Positions 53,468-56,708 of a stretch of 56,708 nt of DNA are shown piece by piece. The stretch is from Candidatus Kapaibacterium sp. GTDB lineage: Bacteria; Bacteroidota; Ignavibacteria; Palsa-1295. The translations under genes and the position numbers were made by a program. A model generated the notes under the pieces. It saw only the letters and a program-made list of their open reading frames with translations. It searched no databases and was not told where the DNA came from. Positions within the stretch are counted from its first letter, which is position 1. Every line of letters begins with the position of its first letter. Location: positions 1 through 56,708 of the forward strand of contig JBDTCS010000159.1 of NCBI GenBank assembly GCA_039923455.1. Direction: 5' to 3'.

Positions 53468-56400
53468 GTGAATACAACAACAAGATCATTTTTCAGACGC
53501 GGTGCGCTCGCGCTGCCATTCGTCCTATGCTGGACGCTGGTGGCAGGCAATTTGCTTATTAGCAATTCACGCGCTCAACAGATTCAACCTCTCTTCCCTG
53601 GCGACGCAGCACGAGCTGCCGCAGTTCAAAAGCTGCCGAATCATATTGTAAAAGGACAGAAAGCCTATCGCGCAACCGTGTTCATAGATCGCGCAGTGCA
53701 GACGAACGTAATGTTGCAGAAAGAATCTCGGACGAAGGCAGAGCGCAAGCTGGAGTCATCGTTGCTTGAAGTAGTGAAGCAAGTCAAGCTCGATGGAAGC
53801 CTCGCAAAGAACGCGACAAAATTGCGCTTGATGGATGCGGCGAACGGCCCGACGAGCAACATAGTACAAGCCGACGCCATGGGCCGCATCTACGTGTATG
53901 TCACTGTTGCGAAAGGCCATACGATTGACGAAGCAACCGTAGCAATCACGAAACTCGGTGGCAAAGTTGATATCAGCAACGAACAGTTTAGTCTGATGCA
54001 AGTTTGGATCGATCCTAAGGTGATCCCAGCTCTTGCTGCTTCGGACGCGATCAATGGAATTCGTCGGGTGATAGATCCGATCACAAGCACGGGGGCTGTT
54101 ACTTCCGAAGGTGTCGCGCGCATGAGAGCCGATGCGGCAGGTAGAGTTTTTAGCACTGATGGTACCGGTGTGAAAGTCGGTGTTATGTCGGATGATTGCG
54201 GTGAGACTCCTGGTGGACTCGTCACTACTCGCAAGGGAAACGGCGAACTTGGACCGAGCACCGTGGTATATGATGACGGTCTTGTTGGTAGCCGCACGCA
54301 TGAAGGACTTGCGATGATGGAGATCGTCCAAGATATGGCTCCGGGCGCGCAGGTTTATTTTGCAACTGCTTTTACAGGTGAAGCAAACTTTGCTGCGAAT
54401 ATTGTTAATCTAAAAAATCAGGGTTGCAAAGTTATCACAGATGATGTTATTTATTTCGACGAGCCTGTTTATGAAGATGGTATTGTTGCTGCGGCGGTGA
54501 ATACTGTCACAGCCGCAAGCGTGCTCTACACTTCTTCGGCTGGCAACAACGGAACGGGGCGCAGTCTTAACGGAGTCTATAGCGATATGATCGCAGGCAG
54601 CGGACCACTCGTTGGCAAGCATGTGTGCAATATTGGCGGCGGAATCTTTTTGCAATCCTTGCTTATCGGAGCTGGTGGCACAGCACAAATCGTATTGCAC
54701 TGGGATGATAAGTATGGTTCATCCGGCAACGATTACGATCTCTATTTGGTAAATTCCGCCAACTCTGCGATCCTCGCGTCAAGCACAAATGTCCAGGCCG
54801 GTGCCGGAGATCCCTGGGAGATACTTGGCTATACAAATGGAAGCGGCTCAACTATACAAACATATATCGTTCTAGTTCGCTCGGCTACCTCCGGTACAGA
54901 TCCCAATTTGACACCACGCTACAAACTCGATGCGTTCGGTTTCATCAATCTTACAAGCGCAGTTTCTGCGAGCAGCACGTTCGGGCACAGTACCGCGAAT
55001 GGTTGCGTCAGCGCTGGTGCGATTGAACAAGCCAATTCGAGCTATAATGTTATCGAGAGCTTTAGCAGTCAGGGACCGGCGACGATGGTGGATTTTAGCG
55101 TTCCGGGTTCGCGTGCGGTTCTCCAGACGCGTAACAAGCCGGATGTCGCTGCTATCGATGGGGTAGCTACGTCTGTGACACCAAATTTCGCAGTGTTCCA
55201 CGGTACAAGCTGCGCAACGCCGCACGTAGCAGGCGTTGCAGCCTTATTGTTGCAGAAATTTCCATCGCTAACTCCTGCACAAGCGAAGGCGGCATTGATA
55301 GCTGGTTGCATCGACTATGGTGCTGCCGGAGTGGATAATGTTTTTGGAGGAGGAAGACTTGATGCGTTCAAAACACTCGCACTCGCAAGTGACGGAGCTG
55401 TTTACAAATCGCTCTTCAATTCTACGCTGAGCAACATTCCGGATGGTGGATCTACGACATCAACCGTGAATTTCGGTACGGCTGGCTTGGTTGCAGATTC
55501 CGTTTATTTAAGCGTGACGGTTGACAATCACAGCAAACTCGGGGATCTCACATTCACCTTGACGGGGCCAGATCTCACGGCTCCGATTGTGATGAACCGA
55601 CCAGTCGCGGGTGCGGGTAACTCGACAGCCAAAGACGCAAATGTTGTACTTGGTGATGTTGCTTCGACAAACATTCAGACACTCGGAACAGCTGGTGCGG
55701 AGACGTTCGGATATTATATTCCGAATTCCGCGCTCTCAACTGCCGCTGGATTTAAGAATCGCGCACTCACCGGCACTTGGACTCTGACTGTCGCCGATGG
55801 AAGTGTGAACGGCATTACCGGTACGCTCAAGGACTGGGGCTTGTTTACCAAGCTTGCTCCCACCGGGCCGCCTCCGAGCCTTGCGCTTGCTGTCGATCAA
55901 CCGTATATCTATTCTTCCAATCACGCATTGAAGACTGTCAATGTGACAGAGACGGTTACGAACGGCACAACTCCTGTAATTACACTCGTAAGCGTTACAA
56001 GCAACGAGCCGGACGCAGGAACATCGCCTTCGGATGTACCCGGTGATATTATTGCACCGACCGGTGTGAACACCACAGCGCTTCAGCTACGCGCAGAATG
56101 TGCACCGCTTAGCAATGGAAGAATTTATACTGCGACGTATAATCTTTCTGACGTTGGTGGCTTCTCGCAAAATTATACGATCACTGTTCCGGTGCTCTGC
56201 ACGATCGGTCATGCATTCACGGGTCCGGTTATCAATCCACCGAATGTGATTCTGAATCCACCGAATCCGAATCCGGTTGTGACAACAACAACAATCAGTT
56301 ACAATCTTCCTTCGGCCGGCAACGTAAATTTGAAGATCTTCAATATGCGTGGAAAGTGGCAGAAGAATTTGGATTATGGTGCTAAGACCGCGGGCCCGCA

Positions 56401-56518
56401 TTCCGTCACTTGGGATGGAAAACGTGCAGATGGATTTTTGTTGCCGGATGGACCGTATGTCTATCAACTCAACGCCAATGGAGTTCTGCGCTCGGGCATC
56501 GTGACACTAAATCATTGA
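53468..56518 (+). CDS. S8 subtilisin-like serine protease with proprotein-convertase P-domain and T9SS C-terminal sorting domain
   Basis: GTG start and signal peptide. Asp region GVKVGVMSDD, His region THEGLAMMEIV, oxyanion SSAGNNGTG, Ser region GTSCATPHVAGVAALLL. P-domain signature (LSVTVDNHSKLGDLTFTLTGPD ... LTGTWTLTVADGSVNGITGTLKDWGL). Por-type tail (NPPNPNPV...VNLKIFNMRGK...GPYVYQL). Confidence 0.88.
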   Translation: MNTTTRSFFRRGALALPFVLCWTLVAGNLLISNSRAQQIQPLFPGDAARAAAVQKLPNHIVKGQKAYRATVFIDRAVQTNVMLQKESRTKAERKLESSLLEVVKQVKLDGSLAKNATKLRLMDAANGPTSNIVQADAMGRIYVYVTVAKGHTIDEATVAITKLGGKVDISNEQFSLMQVWIDPKVIPALAASDAINGIRRVIDPITSTGAVTSEGVARMRADAAGRVFSTDGTGVKVGVMSDDCGETPGGLVTTRKGNGELGPSTVVYDDGLVGSRTHEGLAMMEIVQDMAPGAQVYFATAFTGEANFAANIVNLKNQGCKVITDDVIYFDEPVYEDGIVAAAVNTVTAASVLYTSSAGNNGTGRSLNGVYSDMIAGSGPLVGKHVCNIGGGIFLQSLLIGAGGTAQIVLHWDDKYGSSGNDYDLYLVNSANSAILASSTNVQAGAGDPWEILGYTNGSGSTIQTYIVLVRSATSGTDPNLTPRYKLDAFGFINLTSAVSASSTFGHSTANGCVSAGAIEQANSSYNVIESFSSQGPATMVDFSVPGSRAVLQTRNKPDVAAIDGVATSVTPNFAVFHGTSCATPHVAGVAALLLQKFPSLTPAQAKAALIAGCIDYGAAGVDNVFGGGRLDAFKTLALASDGAVYKSLFNSTLSNIPDGGSTTSTVNFGTAGLVADSVYLSVTVDNHSKLGDLTFTLTGPDLTAPIVMNRPVAGAGNSTAKDANVVLGDVASTNIQTLGTAGAETFGYYIPNSALSTAAGFKNRALTGTWTLTVADGSVNGITGTLKDWGLFTKLAPTGPPPSLALAVDQPYIYSSNHALKTVNVTETVTNGTTPVITLVSVTSNEPDAGTSPSDVPGDIIAPTGVNTTALQLRAECAPLSNGRIYTATYNLSDVGGFSQNYTITVPVLCTIGHAFTGPVINPPNVILNPPNPNPVVTTTTISYNLPSAGNVNLKIFNMRGKWQKNLDYGAKTAGPHSVTWDGKRADGFLLPDGPYVYQLNANGVLRSGIVTLNH

Positions 56519-56543
56519 TCGCACTTACTAGTTCGATTTCAAC

Positions 56544-56572
56544 AAAGCCCTCCGAATTCGGAGGGCTTTTTG
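56544..56572 (+). terminator. rho-independent terminator
   Basis: aaagccctccg-aatt-cggagggcttt: a perfect 11-bp stem followed by a T-run, 26 nt after the protease stop. Confidence 0.85.
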
Positions 56573-56625
56573 TTCGAATGGGCTCAACTTCTCTGAACCC
56601 CGCTATTTATCCGTATTTTTGCACT

Positions 56626-56708
56626 ATGGGAATTCTGTCGTTTTTAAGAGGTTCAGGCCTACAGCCAAAATGGAGCGTCGAGGCGCGAGACTCGGAGTCG
56701 ATTATATG
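56626..56708 (+). CDS. possible 5' end of a gene running off the window
   Basis: ATG at 56626 opens a frame (MGILSFLRGSGLQPKWSVEARDSESII) with no stop before the window ends. It is too short to identify. Confidence 0.25.
   Translation, partial: MGILSFLRGSGLQPKWSVEARDSESII

Noticed and set aside
1-56708. Search for CRISPR arrays, rRNA or tRNA genes, IS elements or transposases, toxin-antitoxin pairs and known defence genes
   Set aside because: No regularly spaced direct repeats with unique spacers were found. There are no rRNA or tRNA signatures, no DDE or serine transposase motifs, and no nuclease/helicase/methylase clusters. The window appears to be core chromosome with interspersed T9SS cargo genes.

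Overview
This 56.7-kb chromosomal segment carries about 47 protein-coding genes. I found no rRNA, tRNA, CRISPR array, transposase or prophage block by eye.

Most genes are housekeeping:
- DNA and chromosome maintenance: HU, rarA, an XerC/D-type recombinase, topA, smg
- Cell envelope and isoprenoid synthesis: glmM, murI, ispF
- Translation, RNA processing and signalling: trpS, cysS, ybeY, hpf, hprK, sixA
- Metabolism and respiration: hutH, cytochrome c oxidase subunits III and IV

These are interleaved with secreted and accessory genes:
- Five ORFs end in a type-IX-secretion (Por) C-terminal sorting domain: two BNR/Ycf48-like proteins, a 7-blade propeller, a 1301-aa giant and an S8 subtilase with a P-domain.
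- Also present are an M16 peptidase, a GT9 glycosyltransferase, a cytoplasmic GH5 hydrolase, two MFS transporters, a family-5 solute-binding lipoprotein, DedA, CDGSH and thioredoxin-like proteins.

The T9SS sorting domains, the generally weak or absent Shine-Dalgarno sequences and the presence of HPr kinase suggest an FCB-group bacterium (Bacteroidota, Ignavibacteriota or Chlorobi-like). This is inference only.

I could not support a multi-gene novel system. The observations most worth a second look are:
1. A T9SS cargo gene split by a single in-frame TGA exactly where a conserved BNR-repeat Trp is expected (28469-28471).
2. A stand-alone mini-ORF whose sequence tracks the N-terminal PDVRDGL winged-helix start of GyrA (14244-14495).
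3. A 196-bp MITE-like element with 37-bp terminal inverted repeats (3855-4050).
4. Two terminator-like hairpins that leave no promoter space in front of trpS.
5. 15-bp tandem repeats filling two intra-operon spacers.
6. An orphan coxIII-coxIV cluster followed by a Pro-rich microprotein ORF.

All family assignments come from motif recognition by eye. No database search was run.
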